From Desulfobulbaceae bacterium (GTDB lineage Bacteria; Desulfobacterota; Desulfobulbia; Desulfobulbales; SURF-16), in the NCBI GenBank assembly GCA_002868945.1, contig PKTX01000004.1:11047-75046 (forward strand): a stretch of DNA of 64,000 nucleotides, given 5' to 3'. The translations under genes were made by a program, and so were the position numbers. Of this stretch, positions 35,982 through 45,978 are shown piece after piece (position 1 is the stretch's first letter; each line of letters begins with the position of its first letter). The notes under the pieces were generated by a model. That model saw only the letters and a program-made list of their open reading frames with translations. It made no database searches and was not told the DNA's origin.

Positions 35982-37697
35982 ATGACCGTTATCTACCCAA
36001 AAAAAGCTCAACTCGGCCCCCTGCTCGTGGAAAATGGCAAGATCAGCCAGGAACAACTCGACCGGGCCATGGCGCATCTTGACACGGTGCCGCAGCCCCT
36101 CAGCGAAATTCTGGTCTCGCTGGGGTTTGTCAGCAGCCAGGACATCCTGGCCGCCCTGGCCGAGCAACTGGGTCTGACCCTCTATAAGGAGCAAGAGGAG
36201 GACATCGTCCTGCCGGTGGAACTGCCCAAGATCTTTCACCAAGGTCATCCCTTTCTCCTTATCCAGCGTAAAAAGGAACTTGTCGTCGTCACCCACAACC
36301 CGGAAGAGAGCGAGATTATCAGCGCCGCCGACATCGCCCTGCAACAGCTCAACACCACTTTGCGGAGCGAGGCTGAAGAGACCCTGCCCGCCACCTTTGC
36401 CATCGAACTACTGGCTGAACCGGAGCTGCGCAAGCTGTGCGACGACTACTATGACCTGGGGTTCAACCGACCGGATTCGGAACAGTTCGGCCTTGACGAG
36501 GCGGATGTCGACAAACTCAAGGACATGGCCTCGGAGGCACCGGTCATCCGCTACGTCAACAACCTGATCGATACCGCCTTAAGCCGCCGCGCCTCCGACA
36601 TTCACATCGAGACCTTTGAGGAGGGCCAGCTTGTCCGTTTCCGGATAGACGGAATTCTTTACGACCACGAGACACCGCTTAAATCAATGCAGGCAGCCAT
36701 CATCTCCCGCATCAAACTGCTGGCCGGCCTCGACATTGCCGAGCGCCGCATGCCCCAGGACGGCAAGATCTCCCTGCGCCTCAGCGGCAAAGAGGTGGAC
36801 CTGCGCGTCTCCACCCTGCCCACCATCCACGGCGAGGGCGTGGTGATCCGTATTCTGGAGAAGACCAGCGTTATCCTCGACCTGGACAGTCTGGGCATGC
36901 CGGCCGGCGTCGAACAGGATTTTGAGAAGCTGATCAATCTGCCCAACGGTATCATTCTGGTCACCGGCCCCACCGGCTCGGGCAAGACCACCAGCCTCTA
37001 CTGCGCCCTCAACAAGATCAACATCGGCTCCAACAAGATTATCACCATTGAGGACCCGGTGGAGTATCAGCTACACGGCATCAACCAGATCCAGATCAAG
37101 CCGGAGATCGGTCTCACCTTTGCAAAAGGGCTGCGGGCCATTGTCCGCCAGGATCCGGATGTCATCATGGTGGGCGAGATCCGCGACCTGGAGACCGCCG
37201 AGATTGCCGTGCAATCGTCGCTCACCGGCCACCTGGTCTTTTCCACCCTGCACACCAACGACGCTCTGTCCGCGGTGATGCGCATGGCGGATCTCGGCGT
37301 GGAACGTTTTCTGATCTCGTCGGCCCTGCGCGGTGTGCTGGCCCAGCGCCTGGTGCGGCGGATCTGTCCGGAATGCCGGACCCAGCAGGGCATGGCCGCC
37401 GACCAGCTCGGCACCGTGCCGGGCGGCGATTTCGCCACCTTTGTCGGCAGCGGCTGCCAGCACTGCGCCGGCACCGGCTTTGTCGGCCGGGTGGGTATCT
37501 ACGAACTGCTCACCATGAACAGCGACCTGTGCCGCAGCGTATCGCGCGGCAAGGACCTCAAACACCTGGAGGAGGTGGCCCGCAGCCACGGCTTCCAGGA
37601 GATGTTCTTGGACGGCCTTGCCAAGGCCAGGCAAGAGGTGACCACCCTGCCGGAGGTTATGCGGGTGGCCAGGGAGATGGAAAGTGTCATTGTTTAG
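35982..37697 (+). CDS. gspE: Type II secretion ATPase GspE
   Basis: The N-terminal T2SSE_N-like region is LGPLLVENGKISQEQLDRAM. Walker A is VTGPTGSGKTT, the Asp box/Walker B is DPDVIMVGEIRD, and the His box is LVFSTLHTNDA. The tetracysteine motif is CPEC...CQHC. Confidence 0.9.
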   Translation: MTVIYPKKAQLGPLLVENGKISQEQLDRAMAHLDTVPQPLSEILVSLGFVSSQDILAALAEQLGLTLYKEQEEDIVLPVELPKIFHQGHPFLLIQRKKELVVVTHNPEESEIISAADIALQQLNTTLRSEAEETLPATFAIELLAEPELRKLCDDYYDLGFNRPDSEQFGLDEADVDKLKDMASEAPVIRYVNNLIDTALSRRASDIHIETFEEGQLVRFRIDGILYDHETPLKSMQAAIISRIKLLAGLDIAERRMPQDGKISLRLSGKEVDLRVSTLPTIHGEGVVIRILEKTSVILDLDSLGMPAGVEQDFEKLINLPNGIILVTGPTGSGKTTSLYCALNKINIGSNKIITIEDPVEYQLHGINQIQIKPEIGLTFAKGLRAIVRQDPDVIMVGEIRDLETAEIAVQSSLTGHLVFSTLHTNDALSAVMRMADLGVERFLISSALRGVLAQRLVRRICPECRTQQGMAADQLGTVPGGDFATFVGSGCQHCAGTGFVGRVGIYELLTMNSDLCRSVSRGKDLKHLEEVARSHGFQEMFLDGLAKARQEVTTLPEVMRVAREMESVIV

Positions 37698-38904
37698 GTA
37701 TCAGGCCCAGGCGCCGGAGGGCGTGGTGGAGGGTGTGCTGGAGGGAGAAGACCGCCACGCCGTCAGTGTGCAGCTTTTGCGCCAGGGATTGCGGCCCTTT
37801 GTCATAGAGCCCTATCAGGCCCAGCGTTCCCGACTTAGCAAAGGCATTTCCACAAGCCGCCTGACCAAGAAGAGCCTGACCAGCGCCGACATGGAGTTTT
37901 TCACCTCGCAGCTGGCCCTGCTGGTCAAGGGCGGCATCTCCCTGGATGGCGCCCTGCGCCTTATCGCCCGCCAGAGTGACAAAAAGGAACTGGCCGACTT
38001 TGCCGGGCGCCTGGAGCAAAAACTCAAGGAGGGGCTGGCCCTGTCCACCGCCCTGGAACAGGAAGCCGCCTTTAACGCCATGTACGCCAATATCGTCCGA
38101 GCCGGCGAAGAGGGCGGCGTCCTGCCGGAAATGCTGGACAATATCGCCGACTATCAGGCCCAGTCCCGCGAGCTGCGCCAGTTTGTCATCTCAAGCTCCA
38201 TTTATCCCCTGATCCTGCTGGCCGCCGGTTTCGGCATCCTCATTGTCCTCTTTACCGTGATCCTGCCGCGCTTCAAGGTGCTGTTTGAAGGCATGGACAA
38301 GGAGCTGCCCATGAACGTGGCCATGCTCATGGGGATTGCCGACTTCATGAGCAGCCACTTCCTGCTCACCGGCCTGACAGTGCTGGGTCTGCCGGTGCTG
38401 CTCTACTTCTTTATCAAGAGTGACCGGGGCCGGCAGCTTGTCGATGATCTGGCCATCAGAGTGCCCATTGTCAACGGCTTTATCCGTGACCTGGAGACCA
38501 CCCGCATCTTCCGCACCATGCAGGTGCTGGTGGAAAACGGTGTCCACCTGGTGACAGCCCTGCGCATCAGCGCCGGCGTGGCCACAAACCACCACTACAA
38601 GGAGCTGCTGGCCCGGGCCACCGTTGCCCTCAAGGAGGGCCAGCAGGTGGCGCCAAAGCTGCAAGGCGGGCTGATTCCGGCCCTGGCCGTGGACCTGCTG
38701 GGCATCGGTGAGGAGTCAGGTCGGGTGGGTGAAACCTGCGGTCAGATCGCCCGCCATTTTGAAAAACAGCTCAAGGAACGGCTCAAGCGCTTTATTGCCC
38801 TGCTGGAACCGGTTTTTTTACTCATTATGTCCCTGGGGGCCGGCTACATCGTCCTTTCCATGCTGTCGGTCATCCTGGGCATGAACGATATCAGCGGGGG
38901 CTAG
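37684..38904 (+). CDS. gspF: Type II secretion inner-membrane platform protein GspF
   Basis: 406 aa. SLFRYQAQAPEG is the typical GspF N-terminus. Duplicated T2SSF domains and three TM segments are present. GTG start with a 14-nt overlap onto gspE. Confidence 0.9.
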   Translation: MSLFRYQAQAPEGVVEGVLEGEDRHAVSVQLLRQGLRPFVIEPYQAQRSRLSKGISTSRLTKKSLTSADMEFFTSQLALLVKGGISLDGALRLIARQSDKKELADFAGRLEQKLKEGLALSTALEQEAAFNAMYANIVRAGEEGGVLPEMLDNIADYQAQSRELRQFVISSSIYPLILLAAGFGILIVLFTVILPRFKVLFEGMDKELPMNVAMLMGIADFMSSHFLLTGLTVLGLPVLLYFFIKSDRGRQLVDDLAIRVPIVNGFIRDLETTRIFRTMQVLVENGVHLVTALRISAGVATNHHYKELLARATVALKEGQQVAPKLQGGLIPALAVDLLGIGEESGRVGETCGQIARHFEKQLKERLKRFIALLEPVFLLIMSLGAGYIVLSMLSVILGMNDISGG

Positions 38905-39318
38905 ATGGGCAGTAAAACGCAAGGCTTTTCACTCCTGGAAATCCTGGCCGTGCTGGCCATCATGGCCCTGGTGGCGGTGATTGCCGCGCCACCGGTGGGC
39001 GGCATGCTCGACAAGATCGCCTTTCGCAAGGAGGTCAATGGGGCCATGGCCCAGATCCGCGGCTGGAAACTGCAGGCCGTGAGCACGGGCCAGCCCGTAC
39101 GTGTCCTGCTGGAGGAGGGCAACCTCTACATCAAGGTAGGCCGAAACGAGGCCCGGCGCCGCCAACTGCCCCAGGGCGTCCAATGGACAATGGAGCCGGC
39201 CTCTCTCCTCTTTTCGCCGGAGGGCTGGGCCACACCGGCCACCATTGAGATTGCCAGTAAACAGCGGCGCCGCACCCTGACCATCAGCCCGCTGACCGGA
39301 CAGCCCGAGAAGATATGA
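38905..39318 (+). CDS. gspH: Minor pseudopilin, GspH-like
   Basis: The prepilin motif is TQG|FSLLEILAVLAIMALV. 137 aa. It starts directly after the gspF stop. Confidence 0.7.
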   Translation: MGSKTQGFSLLEILAVLAIMALVAVIAAPPVGGMLDKIAFRKEVNGAMAQIRGWKLQAVSTGQPVRVLLEEGNLYIKVGRNEARRRQLPQGVQWTMEPASLLFSPEGWATPATIEIASKQRRRTLTISPLTGQPEKI

Positions 39319-39884
39319 AGCGGATAGACAGGCATCACATAGATCCAGACAACAACGGTTTCAGCCTCCTGGAGGTCATGGTGGCCCTGCTGCTCTTAAC
39401 CATGGTCTCCACCATGATCTACTCCATGCTCAACCGCGCCATCTTCTTTGCCGAGCGCGGTGAACGCAAGAATCGGCAGATCGAACAACACGTGGCCCTG
39501 ATCTCCCTTATCCAGCGCCAGGTGATGAGTGGCTGGTTCAATCCGCGCACCAAGAAGGTCGTGATAACGGGCGACAGTGGCTTTTTACGGCTGGCCACGG
39601 CCAGTCCCTTCCTGGCCAGGCCCGGCCAGGTGGTCATGGCCTTTTACCGTGTCGATACGGCGACCAACACCCTCTACTACCTGGAGAGAAAGGATTTCTA
39701 CAATGCCGACTACAACGACTATATCCCAGATTATAGCGAGATGACCCCCCTGCTGTCAGGCGCCGGCGCCATAGAGCTCGATTTTGACGAGGAAACACTG
39801 CGGGTCAGCCTCTCCCATAACGGCACGGCATACGAGTTTCGCCCCTGGTGTGCGCCTGCCCCGATGGAGGTTGCCGGTGGCTGA
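39315..39884 (+). CDS. gspJ: Minor pseudopilin, GspJ-like
   Basis: The prepilin motif is NNG|FSLLEVMVALLLLTMV. 189 aa. ATGA overlap with gspH. Confidence 0.6.
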   Translation: MKRIDRHHIDPDNNGFSLLEVMVALLLLTMVSTMIYSMLNRAIFFAERGERKNRQIEQHVALISLIQRQVMSGWFNPRTKKVVITGDSGFLRLATASPFLARPGQVVMAFYRVDTATNTLYYLERKDFYNADYNDYIPDYSEMTPLLSGAGAIELDFDEETLRVSLSHNGTAYEFRPWCAPAPMEVAGG

Positions 39885-40203
39885 ACCCTGCCGTTATAGT
39901 GACAGCGAATCCGGCTTTACCCTGCTTGAGGTGATGATCGCCGCCCTGCTGCTCAGCCTGAGCTATGTGGCGGTGCTGGAGAGCTTCTCCTCCTCCATGC
40001 AGCGCCTGATCAAACTGGAAAAGCGGCAGGAAGCCTTTATCCGCCAGGACCTGGCGTTGACGGAAACCATTAAATTCCGGGGCCCCCGCCTCGATTACGA
40101 GGAGTCGGCCGGCGAAATGGTCACGGAAGGAACCACCTACAGCCTCTTTGTCGTTCGCAGTGAAGAAGGCCTGCTTGAAAGCCTTGAATTGCGCCGGAAC
40201 TAA
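39877..40203 (+). CDS. gspI: Minor pseudopilin, GspI-like
   Basis: The prepilin motif is ESG|FTLLEVMIAALLLSL. I chose the in-frame GTG at 39877, which overlaps the upstream stop, rather than the ORF-track ATG at 39784, which would overlap 100 nt. Confidence 0.6.
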   Translation: MAEPCRYSDSESGFTLLEVMIAALLLSLSYVAVLESFSSSMQRLIKLEKRQEAFIRQDLALTETIKFRGPRLDYEESAGEMVTEGTTYSLFVVRSEEGLLESLELRRN

Positions 40204-40206
40204 CAA

Positions 40207-41193
40207 ATGACCACGATCATGATCAAGAGCCGCCCCGCCGCCATAGCATCCGCGCCAGCACCGCAGTCAGGCTTTGCCCTGGTGGTGGTTATTCTGGTAC
40301 TGCTGCTGGCAACGGTGCTGGCCGCCGAGATGACCTTTGCCGTGCGCACCGGCACCCTGGAGGGCTTTAATCTCCGGCAGCGCCTGGTGGGACGTGCCCT
40401 GGCCCAGGGTGCCATCAACCAGGCCCTCTTTGAGCTGCTCGATACCCCCCTGGACCTTGATACGGAGGACGAGCGCCGCTACCTGGGCCGCGAGGAGGAG
40501 GGCGTTCTGGCCACCGGTCGCCTGCGCTATGTGGTGGTCAACGAGTCGGGCAAGATTGACCTGAACGGCGCCGACCGCTCCCTGGTGACCACCTTTGCCG
40601 ACTATATCGGCCTGGACGAGGAAGGCCAGGCCATCCTGGCCGACTCGCTGGAGGATTGGCGCGACGCCGACAACCTGCACCGCCTCCAGGGCGCCGAGGA
40701 CGACTATTATCAGGAGCTGCAGCCGCCCTATCGGGCCCGCCACGGCAGGTTTACGTCAGTGAGCGAACTGGCCCTGGTGCGCGGCGCCACCGCCATTACC
40801 GAGCGCTTCAGATTGGCCGATCTCTTTACCGTCCACAATCCAAGTGGCAAGATCAACTTCAACAGCCTGACACCGGCCATGCTCGCCTTTGTCTGCCTGG
40901 ATGATGCCGACAAAATGGCGCTCTACCATGAGCTGCGTGCCAAACAGGGCGACCTGACAGCCCTGGAGGCCCGCGCCATTCTCGGCGAGGAGCGCTATGG
41001 CGAGTGCGCCGATTTTCTTACCTACAACAATAACAAGGTACCCTTTTTCACCATCACGGCCACCGGCTATGCCGGCCGCCAACCGGAACCGGCAGAGGAG
41101 ATCAGGGCGCAGCCCGGCACCAGGGTTACTGTCCTCTTTGAGAAAAAGGGATTGGCCCTGCGCTATTACGGCTGGCAGGAGGAGTGGTCATGA
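40207..41193 (+). CDS. gspK: Minor pseudopilin GspK
   Basis: QSG|FALVVVILVLLL lacks Glu5, as is typical for GspK. The LADSLEDWRDADN motif is present. 328 aa. Confidence 0.8.
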   Translation: MTTIMIKSRPAAIASAPAPQSGFALVVVILVLLLATVLAAEMTFAVRTGTLEGFNLRQRLVGRALAQGAINQALFELLDTPLDLDTEDERRYLGREEEGVLATGRLRYVVVNESGKIDLNGADRSLVTTFADYIGLDEEGQAILADSLEDWRDADNLHRLQGAEDDYYQELQPPYRARHGRFTSVSELALVRGATAITERFRLADLFTVHNPSGKINFNSLTPAMLAFVCLDDADKMALYHELRAKQGDLTALEARAILGEERYGECADFLTYNNNKVPFFTITATGYAGRQPEPAEEIRAQPGTRVTVLFEKKGLALRYYGWQEEWS

Positions 41194-42335
41194 GTCGGCG
41201 GCTTGACATCTTCATCCATGGCCGCGGCGTCAGCCTCGGCCAGGTGCAGGCGGATGGCTACCGGCTGCGGCTGCTCACCAATGATGTGACGGATATGGAC
41301 CGACTCCTGACCCAGACCCAAATGACCCGTACCATCGCCGGTGCCGAGGTGGACGTCTATATCAGCGAAGATCTGCTCTTCTTCAGCACCATCAACCTGC
41401 CGCGCCAGACACCTGACATCAAAAAGGCCATTGATCTGCAGATCGACATACTCAGCCCCTTTGCTGACGACAGCCTGACCGCCTTTGCCTTTCAGCGCCA
41501 GCAGGACGACTATCGCGTTAACCTTTACCTCTGCCGGCGTTCCCATATTATGCCTGTTCTGGAGAGCCTCTTTGCGGCCGGGGCCCATCTCACCGGCCTT
41601 TTCCCGGAGAGTCAACGCTACCTGACCCGTGCCAACCAGAAGAAGAGCTGGTCACTCCGGCATGCCGGCCGCCTGGCCAAGATCAGCCATTTTGAGCAGG
41701 GTACGGTGGTGGATAGCGACCTCTGCACCACCCCTGTGGAGAGCAATGAACTCGGCCAGATCATCAACGCCGTCGACCTGACCGGCGACGATCCAGAGCT
41801 AAGCGCCGACCAAGAGGCCGGCGCCCTGCTCGCCCAGCCTGCCTGCGGTCGCTCCTACGACATGCTACCTGCCACATTCCGTCGGCCGGACTACCTGAAA
41901 AAGGCCCTGCTGATCCTGACGGCCATCAACATCGTTCTGCTCCTTGCCCTTGGTGCCGGCAAGGGGTTGGCCATCTACCGCCAGGCCGACCTGCTCGACC
42001 AGCAGATTAGCGCCACCAAGGTGAAGGCGGACAAGGCCCTGGAGCTGAAGGGGCGCATCAACACGATCAAAAAGGAGCTGGAGAGCTACCGGAGCATGGG
42101 CTCCAATATCGACCTGATCGGTTTCATGGCCACCCTGAGCAGCAAAATGCCCACCTCCGCCTACCTCGACCAGCTCCGTCTGGACAGTGCCAGCCGCACC
42201 GTTACCCTGCAGGGCTACACCGACGACCTTAACGAGCTGACCGCAGCCATTCCCGATCTGGGCGCCGCCACCCTCAAGTCCACCATGAAGCGGCGCAACA
42301 AGACCTATTTTCACCTGGAGGTCAATCTGCCATGA
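41190..42335 (+). CDS. gspL: GspL-like assembly protein (cytoplasmic domain-TM-periplasmic PilN-like domain)
   Basis: Its position and architecture fit GspL, with a single TM segment ALLILTAINIVLLLALGAG. The start is ATG 41190 (ATGA overlap) or GTG 41184. Confidence 0.6.
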   Translation: MSRRLDIFIHGRGVSLGQVQADGYRLRLLTNDVTDMDRLLTQTQMTRTIAGAEVDVYISEDLLFFSTINLPRQTPDIKKAIDLQIDILSPFADDSLTAFAFQRQQDDYRVNLYLCRRSHIMPVLESLFAAGAHLTGLFPESQRYLTRANQKKSWSLRHAGRLAKISHFEQGTVVDSDLCTTPVESNELGQIINAVDLTGDDPELSADQEAGALLAQPACGRSYDMLPATFRRPDYLKKALLILTAINIVLLLALGAGKGLAIYRQADLLDQQISATKVKADKALELKGRINTIKKELESYRSMGSNIDLIGFMATLSSKMPTSAYLDQLRLDSASRTVTLQGYTDDLNELTAAIPDLGAATLKSTMKRRNKTYFHLEVNLP

Positions 42336-42934
42336 TGACCACCTCCCCTCTCCGCGAACTGCGTCTTGACCGTAAAACCATCCTGGTTACGGTGGCCTTT
42401 CTCATGGTTGGCCTCGGTCTGCTGCGTTTCACCCTTGCTATGTACAACGAAAAGGTTGCGGCCCTGGAGGCGAAAAAGACCATCCTCTTTGCCCAGCAGA
42501 AGAGCAGCAAGCAACTGCCCAGTCTGCAACGGGAACTTGCCCTGCTTGAACGGCAACACAAACAGGCCGGCGCCCTGCTCTTTGAGGGGACCAACGCCGA
42601 TACCATCACCTCCACCGTCCAGATCCACCTCCAGTCACTCATTGCCGCCGCCGGCCTGGAACCGGAGTCGCTGCGGCCGGTGGGCGGCAAAGGCCCGGAA
42701 GGCACCATCAACACCATCAGCATCAAGCTGCGCTTAAACGGTACCCTGCAGAATCTGGCCCAATTCCTGGCTGCCCTCTACAGTAACAACAGGTTCTTCC
42801 TGGTTGAGAGCTGCACCCTGAAGCCACAGAAACTCAAAGAGGTAAAGGCCTTCATAGACCTCAAGGCCTTTTATCGCACCCCGCCGGTGACACCCCAGGC
42901 GGCAACGGCGGGGCTCTCAAGGAGACGGCCATGA
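42332..42934 (+). CDS. gspM: GspM/PilO-like assembly protein
   Basis: 200 aa with an N-terminal TM segment, a coiled region and an alpha/beta C-terminus. ATGA overlaps occur at both ends. Confidence 0.6.
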   Translation: MMTTSPLRELRLDRKTILVTVAFLMVGLGLLRFTLAMYNEKVAALEAKKTILFAQQKSSKQLPSLQRELALLERQHKQAGALLFEGTNADTITSTVQIHLQSLIAAAGLEPESLRPVGGKGPEGTINTISIKLRLNGTLQNLAQFLAALYSNNRFFLVESCTLKPQKLKEVKAFIDLKAFYRTPPVTPQAATAGLSRRRP

Positions 42935-43587
42935 TCAAACCCGTTCTCAGCACCGCCCTGGTCCTGCTCTGCCTGCTGCTTATCAAGGCCAACATCGACA
43001 CCTTCAGGGCATCGCCGGCGCAATTAGCGGAGACACCGGCGGCCAGCAGCGAAAAGCGCAGCCGCACCCTGCGCCCGCCAGCGCCGCTTAACCTCAACCC
43101 CAGGCTGAACAGCCAGCAGCTGCCCGATCTGCACAGCGGTTATATCTTTAATACTGAACGGTTCCTGGCCAAGGAATCGCGGCAGACCAAAACCGGCAAG
43201 GGCTACGGCCAGAATATCCGCATGGAGGATGTGGTCTTTAACGGCGCCATTATCGGGCCGGGATTCACCAAGGCCCTGGTCTCCTACCAGACGGCCTCCC
43301 GGCAAACGCCGCGCCCCATCCGCTCCGCCCCCACAGGCGCTGTTGCCGACCAAGCCCGAACCGTGCAACTGGAGGTGGACGATCAGCTTGGCGGCTACAC
43401 CGTTCAGGAGATCACCGCCGATTTTATTTTATTTAGCAAAGGATCTGATACAATCAAAAAACCGCTCTTTGATATCGAAAAGGAACGGCAGCAGGTAGCG
43501 CCGCAGCCAACACCGGCCACGCACGCAAGGCCGACACCTAAGCCGCGACCGGTTATACCGACTCGCCCCGTACCTGCCCGCCCCTAA
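42931..43587 (+). CDS. GspC/PilP-like secretin-interacting protein (putative)
   Basis: An N-terminal TM segment is present. The C-terminal beta-rich segment is LEVDDQLGGYTVQEITADFILFSKGSDTIKKPLF, followed by a Pro-rich tail. It lies immediately upstream of the secretin gene. Confidence 0.45.
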   Translation: MIKPVLSTALVLLCLLLIKANIDTFRASPAQLAETPAASSEKRSRTLRPPAPLNLNPRLNSQQLPDLHSGYIFNTERFLAKESRQTKTGKGYGQNIRMEDVVFNGAIIGPGFTKALVSYQTASRQTPRPIRSAPTGAVADQARTVQLEVDDQLGGYTVQEITADFILFSKGSDTIKKPLFDIEKERQQVAPQPTPATHARPTPKPRPVIPTRPVPARP

Positions 43588-43610
43588 GCGGTACTACTAC
43601 GTTGACCATT

Positions 43611-45875
43611 ATGAATACACAATCCGTCATATCCCCTCCCCTCAGACACGCCGACCGGCTGGCATTGTTCATCCTGGCCGGTCTCACCCTGCTCCTGGCG
43701 GGCTGTGCCGACCGTGCCCTGCTCCCGGAGTCCAACAGCCTCAACCTCCATGAGATCAGTTCCCGCATCAATAAAGGAGACGACCGCTCCAGCCTTCTTG
43801 TCCAGGAGCAGAGCGAGGAGACTGATAGCGAGGCCACACTCTCGCAGGATATCGAGGTGGTGGGCGAGGCCGACAACCGGGAACTGCAGCGCTTGAGCAG
43901 CATGGCAGAATTATTGCCCGAGACTTGGCAGCAGGCCGAGAACCAACAAGGAGAAGGCGACCGACAGACCACGACCAGCGGCCAGGAGGATACCGGGCTG
44001 CTTCTCAACTTTGACAATGCCGACATTTACGAGGTGATCCAGGTGCTCGGTGATGCCCTGAACCTCAACTACATCATCGACCCCCAGGTCAAGGGGGTGG
44101 TCAATATCCGCTCGGGCCGCACGATCCCCACCCACCAGCTCTTTCCGATCTTTCGCAAGATCCTGCATATGAACGGCCTCGACATTCGCAGCGAAGGCAG
44201 CCACGACTATATCTTCGTGGCCCGCAAGCCCTTTGGCCAGCAGATCAACAACCCGGCCGACATTGAAGACCTGGCCCCCTCCTCCCGCCTGCTCCTGCAG
44301 GTGGTGCCGATCATGCATCTGGCCGCGCCGGAAGCCGGCAAGCTCATTGAGCCCTATCTTTCCCAGCAGGGCACCATCAGCACCATTGCCAACCAGAACA
44401 CCCTCTTGATCAGCGATTATGAAAGCAAGATCGTCGATGTGATCAACATCCTCTCCCGCCTCGACGTCTCGCCACTGGCCAACCTGAAAATCCGGCTGAT
44501 CAAGGTGGAAAACGCCCCGCTCTTTGATCTGCGCGACGAGGTGATGGAGATCATCAACAACCTGCATATCAACAGCACCGACTTTGCAGGCATCGCCATC
44601 CAGCCCCTGGAACGGATCAGCTCCCTGCTCCTGGTAAGCAGGAGTCAGTTCCTGGTGGACAACAGTGAGAAGTGGATCCGCCAGCTCGATGTCATGCCCG
44701 GCCGCGATCGCGACAATATCTACATCTACAATGCCCGCAACACGGTGGCCAGCGAACTGGCCACCTTGGTCAACACCCTGATCCAGGAGGAGATCCCGCC
44801 GGCAACCAGCTCCTCCACCACGAGCCCCACCTCCAGCAAGCCCGTGGCCGGCATGCCCCCGCAAGCGCGCCCAGTCAGCCGGGCCCGCACCACGCCCCCA
44901 AAGCCGCCCCTGGCCTCGCTGCGTTTTGCCGGCACGCCCCTGCTGTTGCCCGACGACAACCGCAACATCATTCTGATCCGCGCCCTGCCGCCGGATTATA
45001 GCCGCCTGGTGCGGCTGCTCGAACGCCTTGACAACCTGCCGCGCCAGGTGCTGGTGGAGGTGATTGTAGCCGAAATCACCCTCAAGGATGAGCTGTCCCT
45101 CGGTGTGGAGTGGGCCATTCTCAACAATAAGCTGGGCTGGGAAAACGGCCAGAAATACTCCTTTGACATGGACACCTTCGGCCTGACCAGCTCGCTCTCC
45201 ACCGCCCTCAATCTGGTGGTGGAGGGCGGTGACCAGGTCAAGGGACTGCTCAAGACCTTAGCCAGCAAGACCGACATCTCCATCCTCTCCTCGCCCCAGG
45301 TCCTGGTGCTTAACAACGAGACAGCCACGGTCAATGTCGGCGAGGAGGTGCCCATTGTCACCACCATCACCGAGAACGAATACACCTCCGGCAGTGACGT
45401 GCCCAAGGTGGACAAGACCATCCAGTACAAGGATACCGGCACAATTCTCGAGGTGACGCCGCAGATCAACTACGACGGCATTATCATCCTTGACGTCAAA
45501 CAGACGGTGAGCAAGGCCCTGCCCATCCAGGCGGATGGCGTCCAGTCCAATCCCATCCGCACCAAGGAGCTCAAGACCAAATTCGCGGTTAAGGACGGTC
45601 AATCCATCCTCATCGGCGGCCTGATCGGCACCGACAACACGGTGACCGACAGCGGGATTCCCCTGCTGAAAGACATCCCGCTCCTGGGCTATCTCTTCAA
45701 ATATGAAAGCCGGGAGTTGCAGAAGACCGAGCTACTGATCATGCTCACCCCCTATGTCATTGAGACTGAGGACGTTCTTGAGCAGTATATCAAGGAATTC
45801 CAGGGCAAGATGGGCGAACTGCGCGACGAGCTGCAGCTCAGGCCCGGTGCCATAACCGGCTTGTCCACCCAATAG
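43611..45875 (+). CDS. gspD: Secretin GspD with a lipoprotein signal peptide
   Basis: The lipobox is LTLLLAG|C. The N0 domain is LLNFDNADIYEVIQVLGDALNLNYIIDPQVKG. The secretin core is ILSSPQVLVLNNETATVNVGEEVPIV ... GIPLLKDIPLLGYLFKYES...ELLIMLTPYVI. The start is ATG 43611 (the ORF track used TTG 43602). Confidence 0.9.
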   Translation: MNTQSVISPPLRHADRLALFILAGLTLLLAGCADRALLPESNSLNLHEISSRINKGDDRSSLLVQEQSEETDSEATLSQDIEVVGEADNRELQRLSSMAELLPETWQQAENQQGEGDRQTTTSGQEDTGLLLNFDNADIYEVIQVLGDALNLNYIIDPQVKGVVNIRSGRTIPTHQLFPIFRKILHMNGLDIRSEGSHDYIFVARKPFGQQINNPADIEDLAPSSRLLLQVVPIMHLAAPEAGKLIEPYLSQQGTISTIANQNTLLISDYESKIVDVINILSRLDVSPLANLKIRLIKVENAPLFDLRDEVMEIINNLHINSTDFAGIAIQPLERISSLLLVSRSQFLVDNSEKWIRQLDVMPGRDRDNIYIYNARNTVASELATLVNTLIQEEIPPATSSSTTSPTSSKPVAGMPPQARPVSRARTTPPKPPLASLRFAGTPLLLPDDNRNIILIRALPPDYSRLVRLLERLDNLPRQVLVEVIVAEITLKDELSLGVEWAILNNKLGWENGQKYSFDMDTFGLTSSLSTALNLVVEGGDQVKGLLKTLASKTDISILSSPQVLVLNNETATVNVGEEVPIVTTITENEYTSGSDVPKVDKTIQYKDTGTILEVTPQINYDGIIILDVKQTVSKALPIQADGVQSNPIRTKELKTKFAVKDGQSILIGGLIGTDNTVTDSGIPLLKDIPLLGYLFKYESRELQKTELLIMLTPYVIETEDVLEQYIKEFQGKMGELRDELQLRPGAITGLSTQ

Positions 45876-45978
45876 GCCGAGATGGCCCACAACCCCACAC
45901 TGGTATCTCCGGCACACGGCTGCGGCCTGCCGGAGAGAGAGAAAAATTCCCGCCCCGGGCCGGGACATTCAAGAAAAG